Below the pieces are notes generated by a model. It was not told the DNA's origin. It made no database searches and saw nothing but the letters and a program-made list of their open reading frames with translations. DNA of 63,078 bases, filler included, from Deltaproteobacteria bacterium (lineage in GTDB: Bacteria > JAUYMQ01), in the NCBI GenBank assembly GCA_030698575.1. It is 12 parts of 12 records of this genome, joined end to end, with 100 filler letters (N's around TTAATTAATTAA, not from the genome) between each part and the next. Parts side by side here need not be neighbours in the genome. Positions count along the whole stretch, not along the records: positions 43,773 to 47,680 come from JAUYMQ010000629.1; positions 47,781 to 50,845 come from JAUYMQ010000630.1; positions 50,946 to 53,944 come from JAUYMQ010000631.1; positions 54,045 to 59,698 come from JAUYMQ010000641.1; 8 more parts are not named here. One strand, 5' to 3'. Positions 47,105-57,738 of the stretch are shown here, piece after piece; positions within the stretch are counted from its first letter, which is position 1, and each line of letters opens with the position of its first letter. The translations under genes were made by a program, and so were the position numbers.

Positions 47105-47680
47105 ACGAGATGCGGCCGATTCTGGAGAATTCCGTCGAGCGAATCTTCAGCGAGATGCTGACCCGGGAACTGCGCGAGCAGGCGGAGGCCGGCGCGTGGC
47201 CCGGCAAGCTCTGGCGCGCCGTCGAGGATGGCGGATTGACGCGCACGCACGTTCCTGAGGCGCTCGGCGGCGCGGGATGCGGTTGGCGCGAGGCGTTCGT
47301 CGTTCTGTCGGCTGCGGGGCGACATGCGGTCCCGCTTCCGCTCGGCGAGACCATGCTGGCTGCGTGGCTTCTCGCACAGGCCGGACGGGAAGCGCCCTCC
47401 GGGCCGCTGACGATCCTTCCGGATCCTCTCCCGGCGAATGCGATGGCCGGTAGCCGGCTCACCTGCAGGGCCCTGCGCGTTCCCTGGGGCAGTGCGGCCG
47501 GCCAGGCGGTGTTCATTCTGACAGATGGGGGCGCGACGCGGGTCGGCCTGGTCGAGACCGCGGCCGCACGCGTGGTCCGGGGAGAGAATCTCGCCCGGGA
47601 ACCGCGCGACGATCTCGGCTTCGACGGCATAGCGGCTGAAACGTTTCCGCTTCCGCTTCCCGCCGAGTCGTTGTGGCGAC
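47101..47680 (+). CDS. Acyl-CoA dehydrogenase family partner (3' truncated)
   Basis: VPE..GG.G, P.P..ET and NLA.EPRD motifs; coupled to the upstream ACAD. Confidence 0.8.
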
Positions 47681-47780
47681 NNNNNNNNNNNNNNNNNNNN
47701 NNNNNNNNNNNNNNNNNNNNNNNNTTAATTAATTAANNNNNNNNNNNNNNNNNNNNNNNNNNNNNNNNNNNNNNNNNNNN

Positions 47781-49271
47781 AAGCCCCCCGCGCGCGCCCC
47801 CCGAGGGCGCGTTGAAGAACGCGATGTAGTCCGGAAAGGCGGCGAAGGTTTCGAGGGCGAGCAATCCGGCCAGAAGGCCGGCGCCAATTCGCGCGCGCCG
47901 GTCCGCCCACAGCGCTTTCACCGCCAGGCCGGTCGCGATGAAGAGGAACGGATAAATGGGGAAGATGTGGCGGACGCCGTAGTTCACGCGCATGCCGGCG
48001 GCGGTTGCGCCATAGAGAAGCACGGGAAGCGCGAGGCAGGCCGCGGCCCATCGGGCGCCCGGCGGCATGTCCCGCAGGACGCGGCGTCCTGGCCCGGCAA
48101 GAACCGCGAGCGCGCACAGCATCGCCAGCAGGGTCGCGACCGGTGTCTTGAAGAGCATCGCGCGCGGGTAGTAGGACACCCAGCCGTTCATGCTGTAGCG
48201 CCCCTGGAGGAACGATGCGCCCATGCGCGTGGCCGACCAGGTGTAGAGGAGCCCCGCCACGTAAGGCTGCGGGAGAAGCCTGTGCTCCTCCACCAGCCGC
48301 AGCCCGCGAACGAGCGCGCCCGGCCGCCAGGCCTCGGCCTCCGCGCGCGAGGGCTTGCGGTCGGGATGGCGGGCATAGATGTCGAAGTACCGGCCGCGCG
48401 CGACGTATCGCTCGGTTTCCATCCGAACCGCCGGATCCGGCGCGACCCCGAAGCGAAAGCCGTAGGCCGCCCAGATAGTGGCGTAGCTTACCAGGGCGCA
48501 CAGCACGCACGCGGTCGCCGCCAGCAGAAGCTTCGCGGGCACGCCGTGACGCGCGCGCCCGAACGCCTCCCACGCTTCAGGAAGGAGCGCGCGGAGGAGC
48601 AGGAGCAGCACCACCACCGGCCCGAGCAGGAGGGCGGAGAACTTCACGTTCACCGCGATACCGCAGACGAGCGCCAGGGCGCCCATGCGCGCCCAGGTGA
48701 GGCGCCGCCCCGCCTGCCACGCCGTATAAGCCCCCGCCAGCGTGACGAGCGTCGCCGCCACGTCGTTCTTGACCAGCGGGCCGTGCCCGATGAAGTTCGG
48801 ATCGAGGGAGTAAAGCGTCGTGGCCGCGACGGCCGCAACGGCTCCGCCCAGCCGCCAGGACCAGATGGCAATCAGGGCGCCGAGCAGGAGGGCGAAGCCG
48901 AGCATCATCACCCGTGATCTGGCGATGAGCCCGTGCCCGTCGACGCCCGGCGTGTTGAAGAGAACTTTCTTTGTCCAGGACCACTCGTACTTGACGGCTT
49001 CGGGAACCTTGTTCCACTCGGGGGCCGCCCCGTCAGGGCGCAAGTCGCCGGGACGGTGGAGGAGCGATACCCAGTACTTCCAGAGGGGCGGGTTCTCGGC
49101 GTCGATCCGGTAGTCGTGGAGGTAACGGCCGGCCCAGGCGGAGGCCGTATGGAGAGTCTCGTCGTAAACGGCGCTCTTGCCGGAGACGGCAAGCCAGGCG
49201 ACGGCCGCGAAAAGGATCAAGAGCGCCACGCAGAGCCAGCCCGCCCGCCGTCCCTCTCCGCGCATCAGCAT
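47781..49271 (-). CDS. GT-C fold membrane glycosyltransferase (GT39/PMT-like; 3' truncated)
   Basis: S..YDE..H, ENPPL.K, P....HG.L..ND, KFSAL and N.GVRH..P motifs. Confidence 0.82.
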
Positions 49272-49299
49272 CGCCCCATGCGACCGGTCGTCCCGTGCC

Positions 49300-50845
49300 T
49301 CAGCAGCCCGTCACCGCGATTCCCCGATCGGTGAACGCCTGGCAGATCGCGCCCGCGTTCGCCCCCGAAAAGAGCAGCGCGTCGGCGTCGAGGATCGCCG
49401 CCGCCCCTTCGCTGAAGTCGGGATTGAAGGGGACCAGGAAGTGGCTCTGCAGGACGAGGGTGTCCGCCGTGCCTTTCCCCAGCGTGTTGAAGAGATCCCA
49501 GAGCGCGGATGACCAGATCTCGCCATCTGCGTGAACCTGCCCCTCGAGATCCTCGGGATAGTGCTTCGTGCCGTCCACTCGCCGGAGGCAGGGCGGATTC
49601 TCGTTTCTGTATGAAGTTGAATCCCACTCGCCCACGCACGCCGGATCGAAACCGTTGGCGAGGCTCGTCGCATGGGTGCTGCTGGCCGCCCAGTAGTCGG
49701 CAAACCCCTCTCCTTGCGCGCCCGTCTCGATGGTCAGGCTGAGATACTTGCCGGTGGACTGGTTGTCCTGGATGGCGTGCCCGTACTCGTGAATGATCAC
49801 GTCGGCGTCCTCGCCGTCATCCACGCCACCGTCGCCGAGCGCGATGTACCCCGCCCCGATGGGAAAGCCGAGATAGTGCGCGTTGTCCGCTCCCCGGAGG
49901 CCGTGTGGGTCGATCATCATGCTCCGGTTGTTCACGTCGGTGAAGCCGAGCGACTGGATGTAGCGCTGGTTGGCGTCGATGTGGTGGTAGCACACGACGT
50001 GCTCGAAGCGCATGTCGTTTCGCCGGAAGTCGAAATCGGGCGAGCTCGAGGGCATGTAGCCGAGCAGGAAGATGTAGTTCCGGGGCGCCTCGATGATGTC
50101 GGTCACGCGGGCGTAGGGCCCGACCAGGAAGTAGATCCCCAGAAATCGCGTAATCTCGGGCAGCGGCCGGTCGAGGTAGGCGCCGGCCAGCGCCGGGTAG
50201 TCGGCGTCGGCGTTGTCCTCGAGTGTTCCGTCGTTCAGCGTGTTGACGGGATTGGGGTCGAAGACGTCGCCCGATCCCGCCGCAACCGCCTCGGCCCGTC
50301 CGAAGGCTTCCTGCGGCGACGGCGCAAAGGCCGTCTGCTCGAGGCTTTGATGCCGGAGGACCTTGCCGTTTCGCGCGTCGATGAGATAGTCCTGCGCCGC
50401 GGGCGGATCGTCCACGACGAGGGTCAGGCGGTAGGCCAGGCGCGGTCCTTTCGCGGTGGGATAAACTCCCAGCGACGGTTCGGGCTCCTCGAGCAGCCGG
50501 ACGACGCCGGCCGGCTTCGACAGGAAGGCGTCCCGCGTGTTTTTCCGGAAGCGGTAGGTCTTCGCGAAATGGCGCTCCGCGACGCGCGCCGCGGCCGCGG
50601 CCGTAAGGCGGGGGCTCGTTGAAAACCCCTCGACCGGCGCGCAATCGTCCTGCACGAGAACCACGCGGTTGTCGTGATCGAGGCTCACTTCCAGGCCCCC
50701 GTTGAAGACGGGAAGGCCTTCGTACTGCTGGGCGAAGCGGACGTGATGGCCCGCTGGGCTTTGACGGACGGCCGCGGTCTCGAGCGACGCAAGCGATGGC
50801 GTAAGGCCGAAAACCGCGGCGTTCGCCTCGACGAACGCCCGGGCG
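49300..50845 (-). CDS. M36/M4-type secreted zinc metallopeptidase with FTP propeptide (5' truncated)
   Basis: HVRFAQ..EG.PV propeptide; HEYGH, GEGFADY and H.DGEIWS.ALW motifs. Confidence 0.88.
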
Positions 50846-50945
50846 NNNNNNNNNNNNNNNNNNNNNNNNNNNNNNNNNNNNNNNNNNNNTTAATTAATTA
50901 ANNNNNNNNNNNNNNNNNNNNNNNNNNNNNNNNNNNNNNNNNNNN

Positions 50946-51239
50946 CGCCCGGGCGAGCCGCCCCCGCCGGGCACGCGCCTTTCCACGCCGAACCGCTTCT
51001 ACGACGGGCTGCTGAACGACAGGAATGTTGCGCGCCTTGCCAAGCTGGAAGCGTTCGCGCGCGAGCGCGACCGCTCGATCCTCGAGCTGGCGATCGGCTG
51101 GCAGGCGAGCCAGCCGGTCATCTCGAGCGTGATCTGCGGCGCGATTAAACCCGAGCAGGTGGAGATGAACGTGCGCTCGAGCGGCTGGCGCCTGACGGCC
51201 GAAGAGATGAAGCAGATCGACACCCTGCTGGGCGCGTAG
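50946..51239 (+). CDS. Aldo/keto reductase, C-terminal fragment (not in ORF track)
   Basis: ELAIGWQASQPVISSVICGAIKPEQVEMNV...WRLTAEE...ID. Confidence 0.88.
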   Translation, partial: RPGEPPPPGTRLSTPNRFYDGLLNDRNVARLAKLEAFARERDRSILELAIGWQASQPVISSVICGAIKPEQVEMNVRSSGWRLTAEEMKQIDTLLGA

Positions 51240-51264
51240 TCGGATTGCAGTGCAATCCGACTAC
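51236..51264. repeat. GTAG-type palindrome (REP or terminator)
   Basis: GTAGTCGGATTGC-agt-GCAATCCGACTAC, overlapping the stop codon. Confidence 0.7.
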
Positions 51265-51420
51265 GCCGCGAATGTCGGCACCCGCCGGTTCTTACGGCTT
51301 GGCGTCAATAGAACATCGGTTCGCTAACGAATGAAAGGGACTTCCCCTGCTTCTCGGTCGGCATCGGTTGTGCCAGAGTGGAAGTGCGTTATTTCCAACT
51401 CAACAGAGAGAGGGGAAGTC

Positions 51421-52452
51421 ATGGGACAGATTACAACGGTCGGGATCGATCTGGCAAAGCGGGTGTTTTCTCTGCATGGCGTGGACGAGACAGGCCGTGT
51501 GGTGCTGCGCAAGACGGTGCGCCGGGATCAGCTCGTCGAACTGGTGGCGAGCCTGCCGCCCTGCGTGATCGGCATGGAAGCATGCTCGGGAGCACACGAA
51601 TGGGCGCGAACCTTCGAGCCCCACGGGCACACGGTAAAGCTGATGGCCCCCAAGTTCGTCCTGCCCTACCGCAAGAGCGGCAAGAACGACGGCAACGACG
51701 CGGAGGCGATCTGCGAGGCGGTCACGCGCCCGAACATGCGCTTCGTGCCTGTGAAGTCCCTGGAGCAGCAGGCGCTGCTCGCGCTGCACCGGGTGCGCAG
51801 CGGATTCATCTGGGAGCGCACCGCGACGATCAACCGCATCCGCGGCCTGCTCTCGGAGTTCGGGGTCGTGCTGGCCCTGCGTGCCCCGACGGTGCGCCGC
51901 CAGGCGCGCGCGGCGGCCGAGAGCCTACCTGTGCTGGCCCGCCGGGCGATCGAGGACCTGCTCGAGCACCTGAGTACCCTGGATGCCCGCATCGACGCCT
52001 ACGATCGGGAGATCGAGGCCCAGGCGCGAGCCTGCGAGCCCGCCCAGCGCCTGATGAAGATCCGCGGCATCGGGCCGATCACGGCGCTCGCCATCGTGGC
52101 CACCGTCGGAAACGCCCGCGAGTTCCACAACGGCAGGCAGTTCGCCGCCTGGATCGGGCTCGTGCCCCGGCAGTACTCCACCGGCGGCAAGCCTCGCCTC
52201 GGGCACATCAGCAAGCAAGGCGACGCCTACCTGCGCTCGCTCCTTGTGCAGGGGGCACGCTCAGTGCTGCAGAGCGCTCCCGCACACGCCGATCGGGTCT
52301 CGCGCTGGTCGCTCGGTATCGAGCAACGCCGCGGCTACTACCGGGCGCTGGTCGCGATCGCCGCCAAGAATGCGCGCATCGCCTGGGCGCTGCTCGCGAA
52401 AGATCAGACGCTGCGCACGGGCTTGAACGCTCTGGAGCATGCTTCGACATGA
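51421..52452 (+). CDS. IS110-family DEDD transposase/recombinase
   Basis: GIDLAK, MEAC, KNDGNDAEAI, GIGP.TA, GLVP.QYSTGG and AKNAR motifs. Confidence 0.97.
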   Translation: MGQITTVGIDLAKRVFSLHGVDETGRVVLRKTVRRDQLVELVASLPPCVIGMEACSGAHEWARTFEPHGHTVKLMAPKFVLPYRKSGKNDGNDAEAICEAVTRPNMRFVPVKSLEQQALLALHRVRSGFIWERTATINRIRGLLSEFGVVLALRAPTVRRQARAAAESLPVLARRAIEDLLEHLSTLDARIDAYDREIEAQARACEPAQRLMKIRGIGPITALAIVATVGNAREFHNGRQFAAWIGLVPRQYSTGGKPRLGHISKQGDAYLRSLLVQGARSVLQSAPAHADRVSRWSLGIEQRRGYYRALVAIAAKNARIAWALLAKDQTLRTGLNALEHAST

Positions 52453-52629
52453 GGCACGGAAACCGAGTTTCCCACCGCGGCGCACGCTTGCGTGCTGGTT
52501 GGGGCCGCGCGCGCGCCACCGTGGAAAACTCTCGCAGCGTAGCTCTCCACCCATTCCGGGCAGGAGGGTCTGCAACCAAAGGAGATCAGATTCAGCTTCC
52601 ACACGAGACGGCAATCGTTTGACGAGATG

Positions 52630-52770
52630 ACGGTCAGACCGGCGCCCGGAGAACCTGAACACCAAAAAGGCGGCTATCGATGCCGACTAACGATCGAGGT
52701 CCGGGCGTGCGGCTTTCATCAGGGCCAGAGCAACCATTGCTCACAAACAGGCCGGTTATAGTGACGCAGT
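52630..52770 (+). ncRNA. Bridge RNA / seekRNA core (target- and donor-binding loops)
   Basis: Stem 52643-52650/52700-52707 encloses GAAC and CTAACG; stem TGCG/CGCA (52708-52768) encloses CTTTCAT and TTATAG. Boundaries are approximate. Confidence 0.7.
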
Positions 52771-52899
52771 CCGACCTTCCTTTCTCTGAAACGCCCTTGC
52801 CGTGCCGGGGAAGTCCTTATAGTTCGCGGTGAGGCTGCTGTACGTTGTCGCTCTCGCCGACCCGCGCTATCTGGCCGAGATCCCTTGAGGGCAACAGAC

Positions 52900-53039
52900 T
52901 TCACCCGGCTGACGATTTCCGTGGGTCCGCCGGGTGGAAATCCGTTCAACAGCTTGATGGGCTTGGTCGGGTACTGCGCGGGCGCATGAAACGGAGCGAG
53001 GGCAAACAGCGCTGCCGCGGCGAACATGGACATCTTCAT
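52900..53039 (-). pseudogene. Truncated TctC/Bug tripartite tricarboxylate transporter binding protein
   Basis: Signal peptide + AQYPTKPIKLLNGFPPGGPTEIVSR, after which similarity is lost. Confidence 0.8.
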
Positions 53040-53944
53040 GACTTGGCCCTTTCCAATCGTTGGTTCCAATCATCCGGCAGCCGGATTTCCCGGGAAACGT
53101 CCCCGCCTTGGTGACCGAGCTGGCCCGCGATGAAGCTGCGGTTGCGGGTCGCCGCACCGCACACCACGATCTGAAGCTCTTCGGGCTTGCGCAGCACGGG
53201 AACGAGCCGCTCCGGATCGTCGCTCAAGGCGAAGCGTTTCGCCAGCGAGCCGCGCTGGACCGCTTCGTGAAGATCGTAGCCGGCCTCGATGCGTGCGAGC
53301 TGTTCATCGAACTGTTTGGCGGGGATGAGCGCGCGCTCGTACACCCAGCGTTTCACGTCGTCTTTCGAGTAGCCCGCCTGCGCAAGGATGCCGGCCACCA
53401 GCGGGGTCAGTCCCAGAACCGGCGAAACGTGCCCGCCGAAGTGCTCCATGGCCACGAGCAGGTTCCCGCCCAGCTCGCGCGCCACTTCCCGGGCAATGAC
53501 GCGCAGATGGCTTTCCGCCGGGCCTTCGGTCAGAAAGCTGTGGCTGACGGTGTCAGCCGACTGGACCGTGACGACGTTGGCGCCGCGCGCAAATCCCCGG
53601 TCCACGCTCAGCGGCGGCCACGGGCTTTCTTCTTCCGATTCGGCAATGACCGGATAGTAGTTGCGGCCGAACGTCGCCATGTCGGTTTCCCCCAGCCGGT
53701 ATCCGGCAACGTTCACCATGAGCAGCCGCAGGAAACGGCTGACGGTGATGTTCGCTTGCGCCTGCGGGCGCAGCACACCCTGCCCGGAATGAAAGGCGAG
53801 CTCCCTGATGATCGGACCATTCAGGATGATGAGCGGCGTGAAGCCGACCGTGCTGCCGGCGTGCTCCAGTCCGAAGCGCGGATCGGCCACCGCTTCGGCG
53901 ATGGCGAGCAGCACCGGCATGTATCCCGGGCGGCACCCCGCCAT
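53036..53944 (-). CDS. Conserved hypothetical protein (MAGC.P...NGP...RAN-type family, often near UGSC thioredoxin-like genes; 5' truncated)
   Basis: MAGCRPGYMPVLLA, ILNGPI, ANITV.RF.RL and E.EE.SPW.P motifs; family recalled from memory. Confidence 0.6.
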   Translation of the reverse strand: MAGCRPGYMPVLLAIAEAVADPRFGLEHAGSTVGFTPLIILNGPIIRELAFHSGQGVLRPQAQANITVSRFLRLLMVNVAGYRLGETDMATFGRNYYPVIAESEEESPWPPLSVDRGFARGANVVTVQSADTVSHSFLTEGPAESHLRVIAREVARELGGNLLVAMEHFGGHVSPVLGLTPLVAGILAQAGYSKDDVKRWVYERALIPAKQFDEQLARIEAGYDLHEAVQRGSLAKRFALSDDPERLVPVLRKPEELQIVVCGAATRNRSFIAGQLGHQGGDVSREIRLPDDWNQRLERAKS

Positions 53945-54044
53945 NNNNNNNNNNNNNNNNNNNNNNNNNNNNNNNNNNNNNNNNNNNNTTAATTAATTAA
54001 NNNNNNNNNNNNNNNNNNNNNNNNNNNNNNNNNNNNNNNNNNNN

Positions 54045-54404
54045 CCGGCCGCGCGTCGGAGGAAGCCGGCACGATCAGCACGAGGCTGTTCGTCGCGAAG
54101 CGCCGAACCCCGGTGAAGCGCTTTTCCAGGCAGGCTCGTCGAACATCTCCACGCGCGCCGTCAGGAAGAGGTCGATCGGCGCACCCCCCTCAATCTGCGC
54201 CATGAGCTGGCCGGAACCCGCATAGGTCACCCTGGCCTTCGCGCCGTGGGCTTGCTCGAAGGCATGAAGGATCGGATCGAGGGCGTCCTGCAGGCTCGAC
54301 GCGGCCGCGATGGTCAGCTCGTCGGCCGCGCGAGCACTCACGGGAGAAAGCGCGCCGAGAATTGCGGCGACGGCGATGATCAACCCCGTTCGGATGGTTC
54401 GCAT
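54045..54404 (-). pseudogene. modA: Molybdate-binding protein with apparent frameshift (also cut by contig end)
   Basis: AAASSL, GSG.L..QIE.GAP.DLF; the expected FATNSLVLIVP is in another frame after the A4 run at 54125-54122. Confidence 0.8.
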
Positions 54405-54424
54405 GCTTGTTCCTCGTTGAACTG

Positions 54425-55465
54425 TCAGGCGCCGATGCGCAGGCTCGTGGCCTTCACGATGGCCCATAGTTCGGCGCCCGCGGCAATGGCGAGTTCGCTC
54501 GCGGCGGCGGCTGTCACCTCGACGACGAGCGGAACGCCGCCGATATCGAGGTGCACCAGCGCGACGCCGGACGAGCCCGTGACACCGGCCACGCGCGCCG
54601 GAAAGACGTTGCGCGCCGACAGCGTCTCCGGCCGGTTGCGCGCCAGGATGACGTCCGATGCGCGAAGCGTGACCACGATGGTGGCGCCGGCGGCGAGATC
54701 CTGCCGTCCGGTCCGCCAGATCTCACGGCCCGCCCGGATCCCTTCGGCCTCGACCCTGCCGGTGAAGCTGTTCTCGAACCCCTCGTCCCGCCAGAGCGCC
54801 AGGACCGCCCCCGACGTGAGCACGTTCATCGGCGGCCCCTCCGCCACCACGCGCCCCTGGTCCATCGCGATCACGTGATCGGTGAGGGCCGCGACTTCCG
54901 CCGGCGAGTGCGACACGTACAGGATCGTCTTTTCCCAGCGGCCCATCGCCAGTTGCAGGAGGCCGATGGCGCGGGTCCGCAGCGCCGCGTCGAGCCCGGC
55001 CATCGGCTCGTCGAGAAGAAGCAGCGGCGCCGGCGACACCAGCGCCCGGCCGAGCGAAACTCGGGAGCACTCGCCGCCCGACAGATCCCCCGGCCGCCTG
55101 TTCATGAGCGGGCCCAGCCCCAGCGCGCCGCAAACGACTTCCAACCGTTCGCCGTCGTCCCCGTCGGGCGCGAAGGTAAGGTTGTCGCGAACCGGCAGGT
55201 GCGGAAACAAGCGGTGATCCTGGAAGGCCACCGCGACGCCGCGCTGATGCGCCCCCCGATCGACGCCGCGCGCGCTGTCGAAGAGCAGGCGGCCGCCCAC
55301 GGTGATCTGCCCACGATCAGGACGCACGAGCCCTGCGATGCAGGCGAGCGCCGTGGACTTGCCGGCGCCCGAAGGCCCGAAGAGCGCGAGCGAGCCCTCG
55401 TGGTCAATGGCCAGATCGAGCGCGAGGCTCCCCACAGTCTTGGTGATGCTCGCCTCGATCTTCAC
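54425..55465 (-). CDS. modC: Molybdate ABC ATP-binding protein
   Basis: GPSGAGKST, LSGGE, LLDEP and TOBE domain LSARN...AIVKA. Confidence 0.9.
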   Translation of the reverse strand: MKIEASITKTVGSLALDLAIDHEGSLALFGPSGAGKSTALACIAGLVRPDRGQITVGGRLLFDSARGVDRGAHQRGVAVAFQDHRLFPHLPVRDNLTFAPDGDDGERLEVVCGALGLGPLMNRRPGDLSGGECSRVSLGRALVSPAPLLLLDEPMAGLDAALRTRAIGLLQLAMGRWEKTILYVSHSPAEVAALTDHVIAMDQGRVVAEGPPMNVLTSGAVLALWRDEGFENSFTGRVEAEGIRAGREIWRTGRQDLAAGATIVVTLRASDVILARNRPETLSARNVFPARVAGVTGSSGVALVHLDIGGVPLVVEVTAAAASELAIAAGAELWAIVKATSLRIGA

Positions 55466-55514
55466 GCCCTACCTCCGGAGACTCCGGCCCGTGAACCCAT
55501 CCTGCCCGCGGCGC

Positions 55515-56186
55515 TCAAGGGGCCGCTCGCGCGCGCAACCGTTCGACGCCCCAGGTGCTCGCGAGACCGATGGCTACTGCGATCAGCACCAGCGCGCCGG
55601 CCTGCGCGTCGTGGCCCAGTTCGGCCTGCTGGTGGATGGCGAGTGCAAGGGTCTGCGTCTTGCCCGGAATGTTTCCGGCGACCATGAGCGTGGCGCCGAA
55701 CTCGCCCACGCATCTCCCGAGTCCGAGCGCCAGCGCGCCGATGAGGCCGCGGGCGGCAAGCGGGAGCGTCACGCGCATGAAGACGCCGCCGGGAGATTCG
55801 CCCAGCGAGCGCGCTGCGTCTTCCAGGCGCCGGTCCACGCCTTCGAACGCGATGCGCATCCCGCCGAGGATGAGTGGAAAGGCGATGACCGCTGCCGCGA
55901 CTGCCGCGGCCACCCAGGTGAAGATCACCCGCGCCCCGAAGGCCCCCACGAGGGCGCTTCCGAGCCAGCCCTGCCGCGAGAGGAGAACGAGCAGGAGAAA
56001 ACCGACGACCACGGGAGGCAGGACGAGCGGGAGGTTCAGAAGCCCCAGCAGGAAGGAGCGACCGCGAAAGTCATGACGCGCGATCCAGAGCGCAAGCGGG
56101 AGCGCCGGAAGCGCGGCGAGGAACGTGGCGGCGAGCGCGATGCGCGCGGAAACCGCCAGGATTGAGAGGAGATCGAGATCCATCAT
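55515..56186 (-). CDS. modB: Molybdate ABC permease
   Basis: LPLVLPPVVVG and GEFGAT.M.AGNIPGKTQT motifs. Confidence 0.92.
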   Translation of the reverse strand: MMDLDLLSILAVSARIALAATFLAALPALPLALWIARHDFRGRSFLLGLLNLPLVLPPVVVGFLLLVLLSRQGWLGSALVGAFGARVIFTWVAAAVAAAVIAFPLILGGMRIAFEGVDRRLEDAARSLGESPGGVFMRVTLPLAARGLIGALALGLGRCVGEFGATLMVAGNIPGKTQTLALAIHQQAELGHDAQAGALVLIAVAIGLASTWGVERLRARAAP

Positions 56187-57556
56187 CGAAGGCCGCTGAA
56201 GAGTTCCTCGACGGCCGCGGGCTCTTTCGGAATGTCGGCCGTCAGCACTTCGTGCCCCGTTTCCGTCACGAGCACGTCGTCCTCGATGCGCACGCCGATG
56301 CCGCGGAACGCCTCGGGCGCTTCGGCCCGGGGCGAAACGTAGAGACCCGGCTCGACCGTGAGCACCATCCCGGCCTCGAGCTTCCGCGACGCATCGCCCG
56401 TCCGGTAGGCGCCCACGTCGTGCACGTCCATGCCGAGCCAGTGGCTCGTCCGGTGCATGTAGTACGGGCGGTAGGCTTCCTTCGCCAGGATTTCCTCGGA
56501 ATCGCCCGAGAGGATCCCGAGATCAAGAAGCCCCGCCACGAGCGAGCGCAGTGCTGCCTGGTGAACGTCGTCGAAAGCGACCCCGGGCTTCACCAGATCG
56601 ATCGCGGCACGCTGCGCGGCGATGACGGCCTCGACGAGGTCGCGCCCGGGCGGCGCATAGCGGCCGTCGACCGGATAGGTGCGCGTCACGTCGGCGTTGT
56701 AGAAGTCGAACTCGGCACCGGCATCGATGAGCACCAGCTCGCCCGCCTGCATCTGCCGGTCGTTCTGGATGTAGTGAAGTATCGTTGCGTTCGGGCCCGA
56801 GCCCACGATGGTGGGATAGCCGGGCCCTGAAGCACCTTGCCGCCGGAAGGCGCCGTCCACCGCCGCCTCTACTTCATATTCGAACGCGCCCGGGCGGATT
56901 GCGCCGGCCGCAGCGAGATGCCCCTCGCGGGTGATCGCCGCCGCGCGGCGCATGAGTGCAGCCTCTTCCGGCGCTTTGAACAGCCGCATCTCGGAGGTGA
57001 TCCGGCGCGAATCGACGATGCTTCCGGGAGCGGAAACGCCGGCGCGAACGCGGGTGCGCAAATCGTTCAGGCAGGAAGTGATGCGCTTGTCGAAGGTCTC
57101 GTTGCGGCCCAGCGCGTAGTAAAGGGTTTCGTGGCCGCGAAGAAGTTCGGGGAGCATGCGAGCGAGATCGCCGATGGGGTAGGCCTTGTCGGCGCCGAAG
57201 CGCGCCTCGGCGCCATCAACGCCCGCGCGCCGTCCCGTCCAGGTCTCGGCATCGGGATCCCGGGGCCGAACGAAGAGGACGAACGAGCCGTCCTCGCGGC
57301 CGGGTGCGAAAACCGCCACCGCGTCGGGCTCCTCGAAGCCCGTCAGGTAGAGAAGATCCGAGTCCTGGCGGAACGGGTAGTGGACGTCGCCCGAGCGCAG
57401 CGTCTCGCCCGTCCCGGGCATGACGCACACGCCGCCCGCGATCTGCGCCGCGAAGCGACGACGCCGCTCGGCCAGAACGGCGCCATCGAGGCGCGGCGCG
57501 GGCGGCGCCATGTCCTCGCCTGGAAAGACTTTGCCTGGAATGACCGTGCTCGGCAT
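56183..57556 (-). CDS. pepP: Xaa-Pro aminopeptidase
   Basis: FRQDSD..YLTGF.EP, LHY, DAG.E, HWLGMDVHD, TVEPG and GVRIEDD motifs. Confidence 0.94.
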   Translation of the reverse strand: MPSTVIPGKVFPGEDMAPPAPRLDGAVLAERRRRFAAQIAGGVCVMPGTGETLRSGDVHYPFRQDSDLLYLTGFEEPDAVAVFAPGREDGSFVLFVRPRDPDAETWTGRRAGVDGAEARFGADKAYPIGDLARMLPELLRGHETLYYALGRNETFDKRITSCLNDLRTRVRAGVSAPGSIVDSRRITSEMRLFKAPEEAALMRRAAAITREGHLAAAGAIRPGAFEYEVEAAVDGAFRRQGASGPGYPTIVGSGPNATILHYIQNDRQMQAGELVLIDAGAEFDFYNADVTRTYPVDGRYAPPGRDLVEAVIAAQRAAIDLVKPGVAFDDVHQAALRSLVAGLLDLGILSGDSEEILAKEAYRPYYMHRTSHWLGMDVHDVGAYRTGDASRKLEAGMVLTVEPGLYVSPRAEAPEAFRGIGVRIEDDVLVTETGHEVLTADIPKEPAAVEELFSGLR

Positions 57557-57738
57557 GCGTTTCTCTCCCTGATGCGCCGGGCGCGCTGATTGATGCAAGT
57601 CGGCGCGGCCGGTGGACAGCCGGGCGCGCATCACTTATACCCTATCGGGCGCCTCCGATGCACCTCGGGTTACAGGCGCCCTTCACGGCGGCGCGGACCC
57701 CAGCCGCCACCCGGCCTCCGCCCTGCGTCACGGACAGA

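Larger units (their letters stand above)
51330..52822 (+). mobile_element. Complete IS110-family element, IS1111 group
   Basis: Sub-terminal IRs AGGGACTTCCCC (51336-51347) / GGGGAAGTCCTT (52807-52818); long 3' noncoding end; circle junction would give TTGCCG-N17-TAGAAT. Confidence 0.88.

Noticed and set aside
51323-52860. Intact integron attC cassette array at the IS target
   Set aside because: The reconstructed hairpin is only about 40 bp with a poor R' box, and there is no integrase or further attC site.
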